DNA from: Chlamydiia bacterium
GTDB taxonomy: Bacteria > Chlamydiota > Chlamydiia > Chlamydiales > JAAKFR01
Length of the DNA stretch: 64,000 nt
Reading direction: 5' to 3'
Assembly (NCBI GenBank): GCA_963827485.1
Contig: CAWHBB010000007.1
Coordinates: 22,806-86,805 of the forward strand
Part shown: positions 28,267-37,423 of the stretch, piece after piece
Layout: each line of letters opens with the position of its first letter
How positions within the stretch are numbered: the first letter of the stretch is position 1
The notes under the pieces: model-generated
The model's input: only the letters and a program-made list of their open reading frames with translations
Database searches by the model: none
What the model was told of the DNA's origin: nothing
Translations under genes and position numbers: made by a program

Positions 28267-29336
28267 GCAGCCACTTCGTTGAGTGTTTCTTCAGGAAAGA
28301 GATTCCAGCTCGCATCTAGGAAGCTATTGAGCTCTTCGAGGGAGGTGCGATAGGTATCGATCCTCCTCCAGAGTTCTTCTGCCGATTGCATCAGCGTGCG
28401 CCCATAGAGGGTGCGCAGGTGGATATCGGCCTCGAGGATATTCACCCAGCTCAAGAGCCTCTCATGGTTTCTTCTGTAGACCTCCAGGCTCTTCTCGGAA
28501 AAGGGCAGCCGATCGACATATCGAGAGAGCGCCCCGGCCTTCTCTACAAGCTCTCTTGCTAGCTCACAGAGCTCATCTCGGCTCATGCGGTTTGCCATTT
28601 CAGAGTTTAGGGGCAGATAGCTAAAAGCGATGGAGTAGAGAATATTCTCGATTTCGCCAAAGCGGTAGGCCTCGCCATCGAGGGGCTCAAAACGGCATCC
28701 GAAGGCGATGTGGGGGCGCATCTGGAGCAGCGAGGCGAAGAAGCTGGGTTGGTTGATGTTCATGCCATCAAACCACGCCTCAGCAAGCTCATCCTCCCTA
28801 TCGTCGCTCGACATGCGCACGGCCCACCCTCCACGCATCGCAATTGCTTCATCCACTGCCTCGCGCAAGGTGCAACTTAGAGGGTCGTAGAGGTGGAGCT
28901 CGCAGGGAATTCTGCCCGGGATTGGGTAGGAGAGAGGCATGACCAGGATCGCTTTTTCTCCCAAGAGGTAATCTCCTAAGATGAAGGTGTCATAGCAGTT
29001 CAAGTTGATGGTTTGAGGAAGGATTTCAGAGAGGGGAGTGACGACGGCGAAGGGACAATCCTCCCAGCTGATCACCCCTTCGACGGGTCGCACCATTTCC
29101 CCAAGAGAGAAGTGGACTGTGCACCTGAAATCGGGAAAGAGCTCCTCCGGGATCGGTCCAACGAGACTCTCCTTGCCTCCAATGCCCGCATGGAGGATGC
29201 CATCTTGAGGCAGCCTTCTCGTTACATGGACCGCATAGAGCTTTTGAGCAATCGTCTCCTCAGGCAGATCGGTGGCAAGACAGGGGAAAGAGAGCGTCGC
29301 GCTAAATAGAACAGCGACAAGAAATCTGATTTTCAT
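28263..29336 (-). CDS. hypothetical secreted protein, translationally coupled to the downstream kinase gene
   Basis: 357 aa with a signal peptide (MKIRFLVAVLFSATLSFPCLA). Its stop overlaps the kinase start (ATGA, 4-bp overlap). Confidence 0.5.
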   Translation of the reverse strand: MKIRFLVAVLFSATLSFPCLATDLPEETIAQKLYAVHVTRRLPQDGILHAGIGGKESLVGPIPEELFPDFRCTVHFSLGEMVRPVEGVISWEDCPFAVVTPLSEILPQTINLNCYDTFILGDYLLGEKAILVMPLSYPIPGRIPCELHLYDPLSCTLREAVDEAIAMRGGWAVRMSSDDREDELAEAWFDGMNINQPSFFASLLQMRPHIAFGCRFEPLDGEAYRFGEIENILYSIAFSYLPLNSEMANRMSRDELCELARELVEKAGALSRYVDRLPFSEKSLEVYRRNHERLLSWVNILEADIHLRTLYGRTLMQSAEELWRRIDTYRTSLEELNSFLDASWNLFPEETLNEVAA

Positions 29337-29544
29337 AGGGAATATGATATCCCTTTACATGCTAATCTTCAATGCCTTGACTAAAAATTTAAGTTGTCAT
29401 AGCCTCTCTAGTTTGCCCAGGAGGTCTTGTGAGAAAATACATCTATTTCGTTTTTGCGCTTCTCGTCGTCTCAACTGGCTTTTCCAATCCGGCAGGAAAT
29501 TTTTCAAAGGAGCATTTTCTCGAGGTGAAGAGTGCATTAGATGG

Positions 29545-30096
29545 CTACCTGGTCAAGACGCCTCTGATCTTCCTGCCAAGATTGAGCGAGGAGTCGCTCT
29601 CTCTGCCTTTCACTTTGTTGTAGGGATTTCCGCGGCCGATCGTCCCCACTGCCCAGGGGTAGAGGATATCTTTCACGTCATAGCCGCCCCTGATGTGTAG
29701 TTTGCCTTGAGAGTCGATGTGGACTTTGACCTCACCATCGCCATCGTAGAAGATCACCGCATAGAGAATGCGCTCCTGGTTGAAGAAGGAGAGGCCCCCT
29801 TTGCACCTCAGCCAGACATGGAATTTCCAGTGGGGACGGTGATAGCCTGAGTGGCCTGCATCTTCGAAGATGATCTGGTATCGATGATCGCTCGATTGGA
29901 TGACAGCTCCTGGGGTATCGATGAGAAGAGGCAGGGGTTTGCCCCAAGAGGTAGCTCTCGGCAATGGACGGCCATCGGCCAGATTCTTGCAAAAAGCGCG
30001 GTTGGATTCGTTTTTAAATTCGACCAGCTTGATCCTCGCCTCGAGACCGAGAGAGCCCAGGACAAAAGCTGCGGTTAATAGGACTAATGATCTCAT
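29545..30096 (-). CDS. hypothetical secreted protein
   Basis: 183 aa with a signal peptide (MRSLVLLTAAFVLGSLGLEA). Confidence 0.45.
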   Translation of the reverse strand: MRSLVLLTAAFVLGSLGLEARIKLVEFKNESNRAFCKNLADGRPLPRATSWGKPLPLLIDTPGAVIQSSDHRYQIIFEDAGHSGYHRPHWKFHVWLRCKGGLSFFNQERILYAVIFYDGDGEVKVHIDSQGKLHIRGGYDVKDILYPWAVGTIGRGNPYNKVKGRESDSSLNLGRKIRGVLTR

Positions 30097-30399
30097 GTTG
30101 CCACCTTAATTAATTGAGAATAAGCATGTTATGATTGACCTCTCTATTAGTGCAATCGGTTTCATTGGAGGATCTGCATTTCCTTGTATAGAAGGACATG
30201 ATTTCTATACTTGCCCTTATGGACAAGGAAACCAAAAGCAGAGAAGGAACTGGGATTTCCTGGAAGAGTGGTGGATTAAGCAGCCTATTTGCGTGAATTC
30301 TCTAGTTAGTTCATTTTTTAGTTACTTAGATATCATTTTTCTTTACAGATAATTGCTCTAGCTTTAGCATTTCTCTCCACATTTTGATGTGGAGGTCTC

Positions 30400-31461
30400 A
30401 TGTTCTTTAAATCCAAGTTACCCAAATACTTAATTCTATTATTTGCCGCTCTTGTGCTGACGGTGCAGCCTCTGAACGCTCTGATTGGAGCTGCAGCTCA
30501 GGCGCAAGTTGTTGATTCTAAAGTATTTACAAAAGAGATTGAGTCCAAAGCGCTTCTTTTCAGCAATCATGATCCGCAGGCGCGCCCTTCTCCCTTGAGT
30601 GGATCTGCCTATGAGCTCATCGAGCATGCAGAGCGTTCCCTGCTATTCATTACCTTTACCTTATCCGATCCAAAAACCATTCAATTGATCAATCAGAAGG
30701 CAAAGCAGGGCCTTGAGGTGCAGATCATCATGGATCGAGACCATATAGGGCGCCTCAGAGAGGCGCTTGATCCTAAGGTACATATTGGAACGAGGCTTAC
30801 AGGAGAGGGCCATGTGCACCATAAGATTCTGGTTGTCGATGAGGCCTATGTCTGGCTGGGTTCGGCCAATTTCACCTTTGGAGGGGATAAAAATTTGGCG
30901 ATTGGGTTTTACAGCCCTGATGCGGGTCGATACCTGCATGAAGAGGCTGCCTACATCGAATCGGGAGAGCAGCGACTAGATGCAAGTCCGATTACAATTG
31001 CGCTCGGTGCCCAGCGGCTCGATCTCTATGTATTGCCCCACCATCAGCCAGGTAGCATCCGTCCTATCGAGCAGAAGATGAATGCAAACTCTTGTGAGAA
31101 GATCCTTCAGCTCATCCACCATGCTAAGAGGGAGATCAAGCTTTCAGTGGCAGTTCTTACCTACAAAGAGATAAGCCGCGCCCTCATCGCGGCAAAGCAG
31201 AGAGGGGTAAAAGTCTCGGTCTGCACCTGCGATTTGAATCAGGAGGCGGTCAGTCTATTGAGGCAAGCCGGGATTCCTGTCCGATCTGCGGCGGCCCATT
31301 ACAAGTGGATGCTCGTAGACGATCAGATCTTGCTCAACGGATCGCCTAACTGGAGTATGAATATGTTCTCGAGAAGCGACGAGAGCTTTATCTTGCTCTA
31401 TGATTTTACCGCTGAACAGCTTGCGCACATGAGCGCGATTTGGAAAAACCTGGTGAATTGA
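30400..31461 (+). CDS. phospholipase D family protein (two HKD motifs), secreted
   Basis: 353 aa with a signal peptide. HKD motif 1 is HHKILVVDEAYVWLGSANFT. HKD motif 2 is HYKWMLVDDQILLNGSPNWS. Confidence 0.8.
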   Translation: MFFKSKLPKYLILLFAALVLTVQPLNALIGAAAQAQVVDSKVFTKEIESKALLFSNHDPQARPSPLSGSAYELIEHAERSLLFITFTLSDPKTIQLINQKAKQGLEVQIIMDRDHIGRLREALDPKVHIGTRLTGEGHVHHKILVVDEAYVWLGSANFTFGGDKNLAIGFYSPDAGRYLHEEAAYIESGEQRLDASPITIALGAQRLDLYVLPHHQPGSIRPIEQKMNANSCEKILQLIHHAKREIKLSVAVLTYKEISRALIAAKQRGVKVSVCTCDLNQEAVSLLRQAGIPVRSAAAHYKWMLVDDQILLNGSPNWSMNMFSRSDESFILLYDFTAEQLAHMSAIWKNLVN

Positions 31462-31550
31462 GATTTAGGATTCAAGAGACCTCTGCATAATTTGCTTTGA
31501 GGGCCAAAATCATCGATTTTTGGCCCAAATGAAGTTATGCAGGGGTCTCT

Positions 31551-32450
31551 TCAAGGTTTCAGCTCTTTGCCTTCCTTTTCCAACTCCTTTGTCAATGCCG
31601 TTATTCCGGCAATACTGCCCAGCTGCATCGACTCCACGGCCGTACTCGGAACGACGACGATCGTAGCATTGCTCTTCAACCCCTCGTAGAGCATATTCAT
31701 CGCGCGCAGGTGCAGAGCGGTGGGGTTATTGGCATAGGTTTTGGCCGCTTCGGCAAATTTCTCAGCGACTTGCCTCTCAGAATCTCCGAGAATCACCCTC
31801 GCCTGCCGCTCCCTTTCTGCCTGCGCCTGCATCGACATCGCATCTTCTAGAGCAGAGGGAATCAGAACATCTTTGACCTCGACCGAAATGACGTTGATGC
31901 CCCATGGCTCGGTGCGCTCATCGATGATCTTCTGCAACTCTTCGCTGATCTTGCTCCTCCCCTCGAGCATGTCGGAGAGCATGGTTTTGCCGATCACATC
32001 GCGCAGGGCAGTTTGAGAAGCCCAACCTATAGCCGATTGGTAATCAGCGACTTCAAGCGCCGCCTTTTTGGGGTCGATCACTTTCCAAAAGAGGAGGGCA
32101 TCCACATCGACAGGTACGGTATCTTTGGTTAGGGTCTTTTCTGCTTTGAAGGTGGTCAAGATGACCCGTATGTCGATCCAGTAGGGGATGGTGTCTACAA
32201 TGGGGATGATGAAAAAGAGCCCTGGTCCTTTTAAGGCGCGGAAATGGCCAAGTCGCAGAATCACAGCACGATTCCACTGATTGGCAACTTTAATAGACCA
32301 TGCAGCAAGAGAGGCGATGATCAGAGCGCCCACAAAGGTCCAAAAACCTGTCCAGGCAGCCGAGTTTTTATAGAGAGCATATCCTGCGATAATGCCAATA
32401 ATCAAAATGATAAAAAATATCAGAGTCGAGAACGAACTGGTTTTTGTCAT
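31551..32450 (-). CDS. SPFH/band-7 (stomatin-like) membrane protein
   Basis: 299 aa with two N-terminal TM helices, then an SPFH domain (IKVANQWNRAVILRLGHFRALKGPGLFFIIPIVD...) and a C-terminal coiled-coil. Confidence 0.8.
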   Translation of the reverse strand: MTKTSSFSTLIFFIILIIGIIAGYALYKNSAAWTGFWTFVGALIIASLAAWSIKVANQWNRAVILRLGHFRALKGPGLFFIIPIVDTIPYWIDIRVILTTFKAEKTLTKDTVPVDVDALLFWKVIDPKKAALEVADYQSAIGWASQTALRDVIGKTMLSDMLEGRSKISEELQKIIDERTEPWGINVISVEVKDVLIPSALEDAMSMQAQAERERQARVILGDSERQVAEKFAEAAKTYANNPTALHLRAMNMLYEGLKSNATIVVVPSTAVESMQLGSIAGITALTKELEKEGKELKP

Positions 32451-32539
32451 GATTACCTAATAACAATAATAATGTATTTTAAAAATTTTAGTAATACAAA
32501 TCGCATCTTCTTTTCGGAGAACATCCTCCTTCAATTTTT

Positions 32540-33145
32540 TTGCTATTTACTCTAAACAGGAACTTACAGCGGGGTCAGATGAAAGTGGGCTATTTTAGAA
32601 AGCAGCGCAGGAAGAGAGTCATACAATTAGGGGAAGACCTCGATTTTGGCATAAACAGAGTCATGAGAGAGCGCTGGGATTTTTTATCCCATGTCGCATT
32701 CTACCAAAATCTCGAAGAGCTAGAGAGCTTGATTCAGAAGAACAATATTCTAGAAAAAAATTCAGTTGATAGGATTCTTCTCGCGATTGAGAAGATCAAA
32801 AAGGATTACCCAGTCGAGAGGAAGCCGCTCTCTCTCCACGGCGATTTTAATAACTTTATGGGTGAGGTTCTTCTGCTCTCAGGGGAGATAAAAAAGGTCA
32901 TTCTCCTGCCATCGGATAGCGCCTCTGAGCTACCGGCTCACAACCCCACTGCAAGGGCGTGGAGGATTTTGGATGGCTTTTTTACAGCAGCAGAAAAAAG
33001 ACGAGAGACTATGGAGGAGGAGGAAAAGAGGCTCACCACCTTCATAATGATCGCATCCAAAAAACATGTCTATTATATGCAGATGGTAATCAACATCTTA
33101 GCCATAGGGATTGGCATTGTCATCGGCTGGATCTTTTCTCGCTGA
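32540..33145 (+). CDS. hypothetical protein with C-terminal TM anchor
   Basis: 201 aa. The start may be the MKVGYF at 32579. The C-terminal hydrophobic segment is VINILAIGIGIVIGWIF. Confidence 0.35.
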   Translation: MLFTLNRNLQRGQMKVGYFRKQRRKRVIQLGEDLDFGINRVMRERWDFLSHVAFYQNLEELESLIQKNNILEKNSVDRILLAIEKIKKDYPVERKPLSLHGDFNNFMGEVLLLSGEIKKVILLPSDSASELPAHNPTARAWRILDGFFTAAEKRRETMEEEEKRLTTFIMIASKKHVYYMQMVINILAIGIGIVIGWIFSR

Positions 33146-33946
33146 TGAAAGATAGGAATCGATGAGCATGCGGGAGATGCTCAAAGGGGGTGGCAATTGG
33201 GGTAGGTTAGTGTGGTTAAACCAGTCGGCATGCGCGAGTTCCATCGGATCAATGGATATCTCCCCCTCTTCCCAATCACAGGTAAAAGCGATCATGAGAG
33301 ATTGTGAAAAAGGCCATGGCTGACTGCCAAAATAGCGGATATTCTTTACCTTAACCCCTACTTCTTCAAATACTTCGCGGCTAATGCACTGCTCTAGGGT
33401 TTCGCCTGGGTCAACATAGCCTGCGATCACGCTATAGAATTTCTCGGGGAAGTGAGGGCCGCGAGCGAGGAGAATCTCACGATTCTTCTTGATCAGTGCC
33501 ATGACTGCGGGTGCCAATTTTGGGTAGGCTAGATATCCACAGGCGGGACACTCTCGGCAGCGCTCTGTGGGACGGATAAATGTCTCTTTTCCGCAACACC
33601 CGCAATATTTGTGAGAGCGATCCCAACCAAGTAGCTGCAAGGCGCGGCCTGCTACGGCAAAATAGTCGTCGCTGAGGAGGCCATAAAGCGTTCTTAAACT
33701 TCTCCAAAGCCAGCCTGATGGAATGGGCTGCGACGCTTCCGCTTCGGCGGCGAATAGATGGTGGCCTGCTAGAGTGCCCATATAAAGACTTCTTTTTAAA
33801 GTAAGGCCGATCTGATCTGGAATGGCCTCTCCCTCCGTCATGAGCAGTTTGTCTTCTGAAAAAACAAACCAGCGCGATTGACCTTCACTTGAGGGGTGCA
33901 GGCCATTTGTAAAGGCTGCTGGAGCGGCAAATGGAATATTCATCAT
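33098..33946 (-). CDS. nudC: NADH pyrophosphatase NudC (Nudix hydrolase with zinc ribbon)
   Basis: 282 aa with a C4 zinc ribbon (CGCCGKET...CRECPACG) and a Nudix box (GYVDPGETLEQCISREVFEEVG). Confidence 0.8.
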   Translation of the reverse strand: MMNIPFAAPAAFTNGLHPSSEGQSRWFVFSEDKLLMTEGEAIPDQIGLTLKRSLYMGTLAGHHLFAAEAEASQPIPSGWLWRSLRTLYGLLSDDYFAVAGRALQLLGWDRSHKYCGCCGKETFIRPTERCRECPACGYLAYPKLAPAVMALIKKNREILLARGPHFPEKFYSVIAGYVDPGETLEQCISREVFEEVGVKVKNIRYFGSQPWPFSQSLMIAFTCDWEEGEISIDPMELAHADWFNHTNLPQLPPPLSISRMLIDSYLSSARKDPADDNANPYG

Positions 33947-34035
33947 CCCCTAACATTTTTCCAGAGAGGGGGATTATAAAGAAAGTACCTTGTAAAATCT
34001 AAATCGGATTTAGAAAATACAAGGTAAAAGGAGTG

Positions 34036-34781
34036 TTACAGCTTAAAGAGGTAGTTCAAGCCCAATCGAAAGGCATCGACATGGCTCTTGCCGATGGAGA
34101 CATTGAGGCCATTATTAGGAGTAGCGGCGTTGGGGAATATGACCCTTTTGGTAGGACCGCTGCCAAATTGGTAATGCAGGTATTCGGCACGCACCGACCA
34201 TCTCGAAGCAATCATGCGCTCATAGCCCGCGCCCACAACCCAACCCGTTTTAGTCTTGCTGAAGTTGCCAGATGTAGCCTGGCCATATACTGCCGGTGCA
34301 GTTTCCGCAAAATCGAGTGTTTTCCCCTTGAGATGCGCCCAGGCAGCGCCCCCCGTTACATAGATAAGGCTTGATCTCCATACCATCCCCAAGCGGCCGC
34401 GGATAGTGGTTAACCATTGGAGGTCAGCATATACCGATGATGCATTGGTTGACATGTCTAATGTCGGTGGCAGAAAACCTGGAAAAATGGTGCTTTTATC
34501 TTCTATACCGAGTACCGAGCATCTGACCTGCTTATTGAAACCGACTTGGCCTCCAAAAAGCGGGCCATTGATCTGATTGTGAACCGATTGGGGTGTGAAA
34601 TCGTTTATTGCCGTCACACCAAATGGGGTCGCATTGTAATTGCTTGGGACCAACCCCAACCGCCGTTAAAGCCGATGTAGGTGCTAGTCCAGCAAGGATT
34701 AGGAGAGCAGTTGATGTTAGCAGAGAGAGCGGCATGTCCAAAAAGGAGCACTAAAACCGAACATAGAGAAAAACGCTTCAT
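34036..34781 (-). pseudogene. OmpA/Opa-like outer-membrane beta-barrel paralog, frameshifted near 34650..34666
   Basis: Reading from ATG at 34781 gives a signal peptide MKRFSLCSVLVLLFGHAALSA...GFNGGWGW, then a stop. The ORF 34036..34659 in the +1 frame continues with homology to the 61121-63686 paralogs (TTIRGRLGMVWRSSLIYVTGGAAW...GWVVGAGYERMI...RLGLNYLF). The frame break sits in the GGCGGTTGGGGTTGG tract. Confidence 0.55.
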
Positions 34782-34879
34782 ATAACCCCCGTAAGCCTTT
34801 GTTCGAGCTATGCCGAATCTCTATCTTATTTGGAAATATTTTTTTGATGCCTTAATGGTAAAGGCGGGTAACAAAGGAT

Positions 34880-34923
34880 CTCCGGGTGTAGGATTCGAAC
34901 CTACGACCAATGGATTAACAGTC
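34880..34923. repeat. 44-bp direct repeat of tRNA-Asn 3' end (distal att site of integrative island)
   Basis: Identical to 44402..44445 (ctccgggtgtaggattcgaacctacgaccaatggattaacagtc). Confidence 0.85.
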
Positions 34924-35148
34924 TTGTGCAACCCCACAGGTCACAACAACGCACGAATGGTAACGGCAATAAGATTAAATGTTTAGAGAAATTTGCTTTT
35001 GGTAGTGGCTTGTGGCGTTTGGCAGTTTTTTGCCACGGAGTGGGGTAAAAATGGGGAATGATTATCTTCACATAAGTACTGGAATTGGCCTTCTTATTGT
35101 ACCACAAGGGCCTCCAATCAATCTTGCTCTTTAATTTAAATACATGAC

Positions 35149-35562
35149 TTGTTAAAATATACAAAATTTGGTATGCTCATGGTTAGTGAAGAAAGGCATC
35201 TAGAGTACATATCCTCTAGCAAGAAGGATTTAGAAAAACTCCCATTGGATGTAAAAGAAATATTCATTCACGGACTAGAGTTAGCATTAATCGGGGAAAA
35301 GCACCCTGATGCTCAGCCTATGAAGGGTTTTGGTGATGCGAGTGTACTAGAGATTCGCGAAAGACATAAAGGGGATGCCTATAGGGCAATGTACACAGTG
35401 AGATTTGAAAAAGCTGTATATGTCCTTCATGTCTTCAAGAAAAAAAGCAAGAAGGGGATTGCAACGCCAAAACAAGATATTGATCTAATCAAGGCAAGAC
35501 TTAAAGCAGCAGAAACCCATTATAAGGAACATTTTAAGGGTAAGAAAAAAAATGGAAAATGA
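35149..35562 (+). CDS. type II toxin, RelE/HigB (Gp49-like) family
   Basis: 137 aa. The motif YRAMYTVRFEKAVYVLHVFKKKSKKG is typical of Gp49/HigB-like toxins. It overlaps the next gene by 11 bp. Confidence 0.6.
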   Translation: MLKYTKFGMLMVSEERHLEYISSSKKDLEKLPLDVKEIFIHGLELALIGEKHPDAQPMKGFGDASVLEIRERHKGDAYRAMYTVRFEKAVYVLHVFKKKSKKGIATPKQDIDLIKARLKAAETHYKEHFKGKKKNGK

Positions 35563-35944
35563 AGAAGAAATTGTAGAAAGTTCCGGAAATATTTTTGAGG
35601 ATCTCGACTTTCCTGATGCTGAGGAAGCTCAAGTCAAATCAAAATTAGCAATCGAGATCTTTCTCATCATCAAAGCAAAAAAGCTGACCCAAAAAGAAGC
35701 TGCAAAAATCATGAAAACAGATCAGCCCCATGTTTCCGACATTTTGAGAGGCAAATTATCCAAGTTCACGATTGATCGGCTTTTTCGTTGTTTACTCGCA
35801 CTTGGCAAGGACGTCGAAATCAAAATTAAAAACCCGAAAAGTAAAACTGAGTCGCCTAGAATTTATGTGAGAGATGGTACAAAAAGAGCACCCATAGCCG
35901 TCAAGGGAGCTGCTAAGCAAGTATCAAAAAAACTCCGGGTGTAA
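35552..35944 (+). CDS. HTH (XRE-family) antitoxin, HigA-like
   Basis: 130 aa with a helix-turn-helix (LTQKEAAKIMKTDQPHVSDILRGK). The toxin-first gene order matches higBA-type modules. Confidence 0.55.
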   Translation: MENEEEIVESSGNIFEDLDFPDAEEAQVKSKLAIEIFLIIKAKKLTQKEAAKIMKTDQPHVSDILRGKLSKFTIDRLFRCLLALGKDVEIKIKNPKSKTESPRIYVRDGTKRAPIAVKGAAKQVSKKLRV

Positions 35945-36094
35945 GATTCGAACTTACGACCAGTGCATTAGCAGTCTTGTGCAACCCCACAGGCCACAAC
36001 AACGCACGAATGGTAACGGTAATAATAAATGTAGCAGCTTGTGGATTTTGATCATTTTTTCGCCGCGGAGTGGGGTGAAAGTGGGAAATGAATA

Positions 36095-37165
36095 TTAATC
36101 AATAGGGTTTAAAAGAATAGCATGGCCATCGCCAATACCCACCATTTGACCACGGTCATTAATACCAGCTACGTGACTAATACTGCCAACAGGGCAGCTA
36201 AAATCAAAAGCTAAATTTAATATTTTATTTAGATCGATTTTTTCTTCTCCATCCAAGATAAAAAACCGTATAGGGTAATACTGTTGACCATATGTTGATG
36301 TGCCAACTATTTGGCCGCTGTTGTTAAGGCACACTGGGAAGAAATCTTTGTGTAACTTCAGGCCTGTTTCCCTATCCAAAATATAGCCATAGCAATCCCA
36401 ATCAGAAGTTAGAAGCGTACCAATTGCAACTCCTTGGTTGTTCAGCCCTTCGCAGCTTGCATAGCCTTTGAAGTAAAATACATCATCATAGCGGCCGGTT
36501 TTCGGATCAAGGAATCGAAATACATTTTTTTGGCGATCCAATGCATCGACTAAAAAACAATCTTTCTTAGAATTGAATCTGGCAGAAATGATGTGATGTC
36601 CGAAGTTGAGAAAATCACCATCATTCCAAGTAAAAAGAGAAGTAATGCCATCTTCTGTTTTGAAAAAAATCAACTGGCCATCATTGCATATATCAAATAA
36701 CCGCAAGTAATTGTTTATGCAATTTGGAATAGCAAGCTTCTTGAGATTTCCATTTCTCAAAATAAAGAACTCCGGAAAATTTTTACCTATAGCACAGCTG
36801 CGTTCGTCACGTATATGAACGTCATATTGAACGGCGAGTGTTCCGTCATTATTTAACACTACTTTTTGCGCATAACTATGCTCGAATGTCTTAATTCCAC
36901 TATTCACAATCGGAGTAATATGGTCTTTGATTTTAAGCTTTTTGAAGCCATTGATTGGATCCCAAAGGAAAACTTTTTGACCCTCACCGTTGTCATCATT
37001 GTAAAGACCGCAGACCTGTCCCTTCTCATTGATCGAAAGATCGCTTACACTTTTTACGTCTGTAACTCCATAATCCAGAACCATAACTTGATATTTTGAT
37101 ATTGCAAAAAGCGAGGGAACGATACCGCAAAAAAACAAAATTGAGAGAAAAAACTTAAAAAACAT
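36095..37165 (-). CDS. secreted HAF-family extracellular repeat protein
   Basis: 356 aa with a signal peptide. Repeated NxxGQVVG-type motifs occur (INEKGQVCG, LNNDGTLAV, LNNQGVAIGT, LNNSGQIVGTS, INDRGQMVGIGDGHAILL). The gene is very AT-rich. Confidence 0.5.
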   Translation of the reverse strand: MFFKFFLSILFFCGIVPSLFAISKYQVMVLDYGVTDVKSVSDLSINEKGQVCGLYNDDNGEGQKVFLWDPINGFKKLKIKDHITPIVNSGIKTFEHSYAQKVVLNNDGTLAVQYDVHIRDERSCAIGKNFPEFFILRNGNLKKLAIPNCINNYLRLFDICNDGQLIFFKTEDGITSLFTWNDGDFLNFGHHIISARFNSKKDCFLVDALDRQKNVFRFLDPKTGRYDDVFYFKGYASCEGLNNQGVAIGTLLTSDWDCYGYILDRETGLKLHKDFFPVCLNNSGQIVGTSTYGQQYYPIRFFILDGEEKIDLNKILNLAFDFSCPVGSISHVAGINDRGQMVGIGDGHAILLNPID

Positions 37166-37423
37166 TGTTTATCTAAACATTTACATTTGGAAGAGTTAGA
37201 TTATATTGAAAAACGATGAAGACGTCAAATAAGACCGTTGTTTTCGATTTATTTTAATTTGGGGTTTTTGCATGCAAGAGGGTAGTGGTGAATGGCTTAT
37301 CCTGACTTCCGTGATGCATTTCCATTGCCACTAGGAAATCAATGAGTTAATTTTTTTGCATCACGTTACACATATGCCCTCTCTAACAGAGTTGTAGTGA
37401 TCTGGCGATCTAATCGAGTCGCC

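Noticed and set aside
30131-30352. 73-aa ORF upstream of the PLD gene
   Set aside because: It lies in an AT-rich intergenic or promoter region with no support. It is likely the PLD promoter region.
34880-34923. Possible additional tRNA gene
   Set aside because: Only the 3' 44 nt (T-arm, acceptor 3' strand and anticodon-loop side) are present, with no D-arm or 5' acceptor strand. It is an att-site duplicate of tRNA-Asn.
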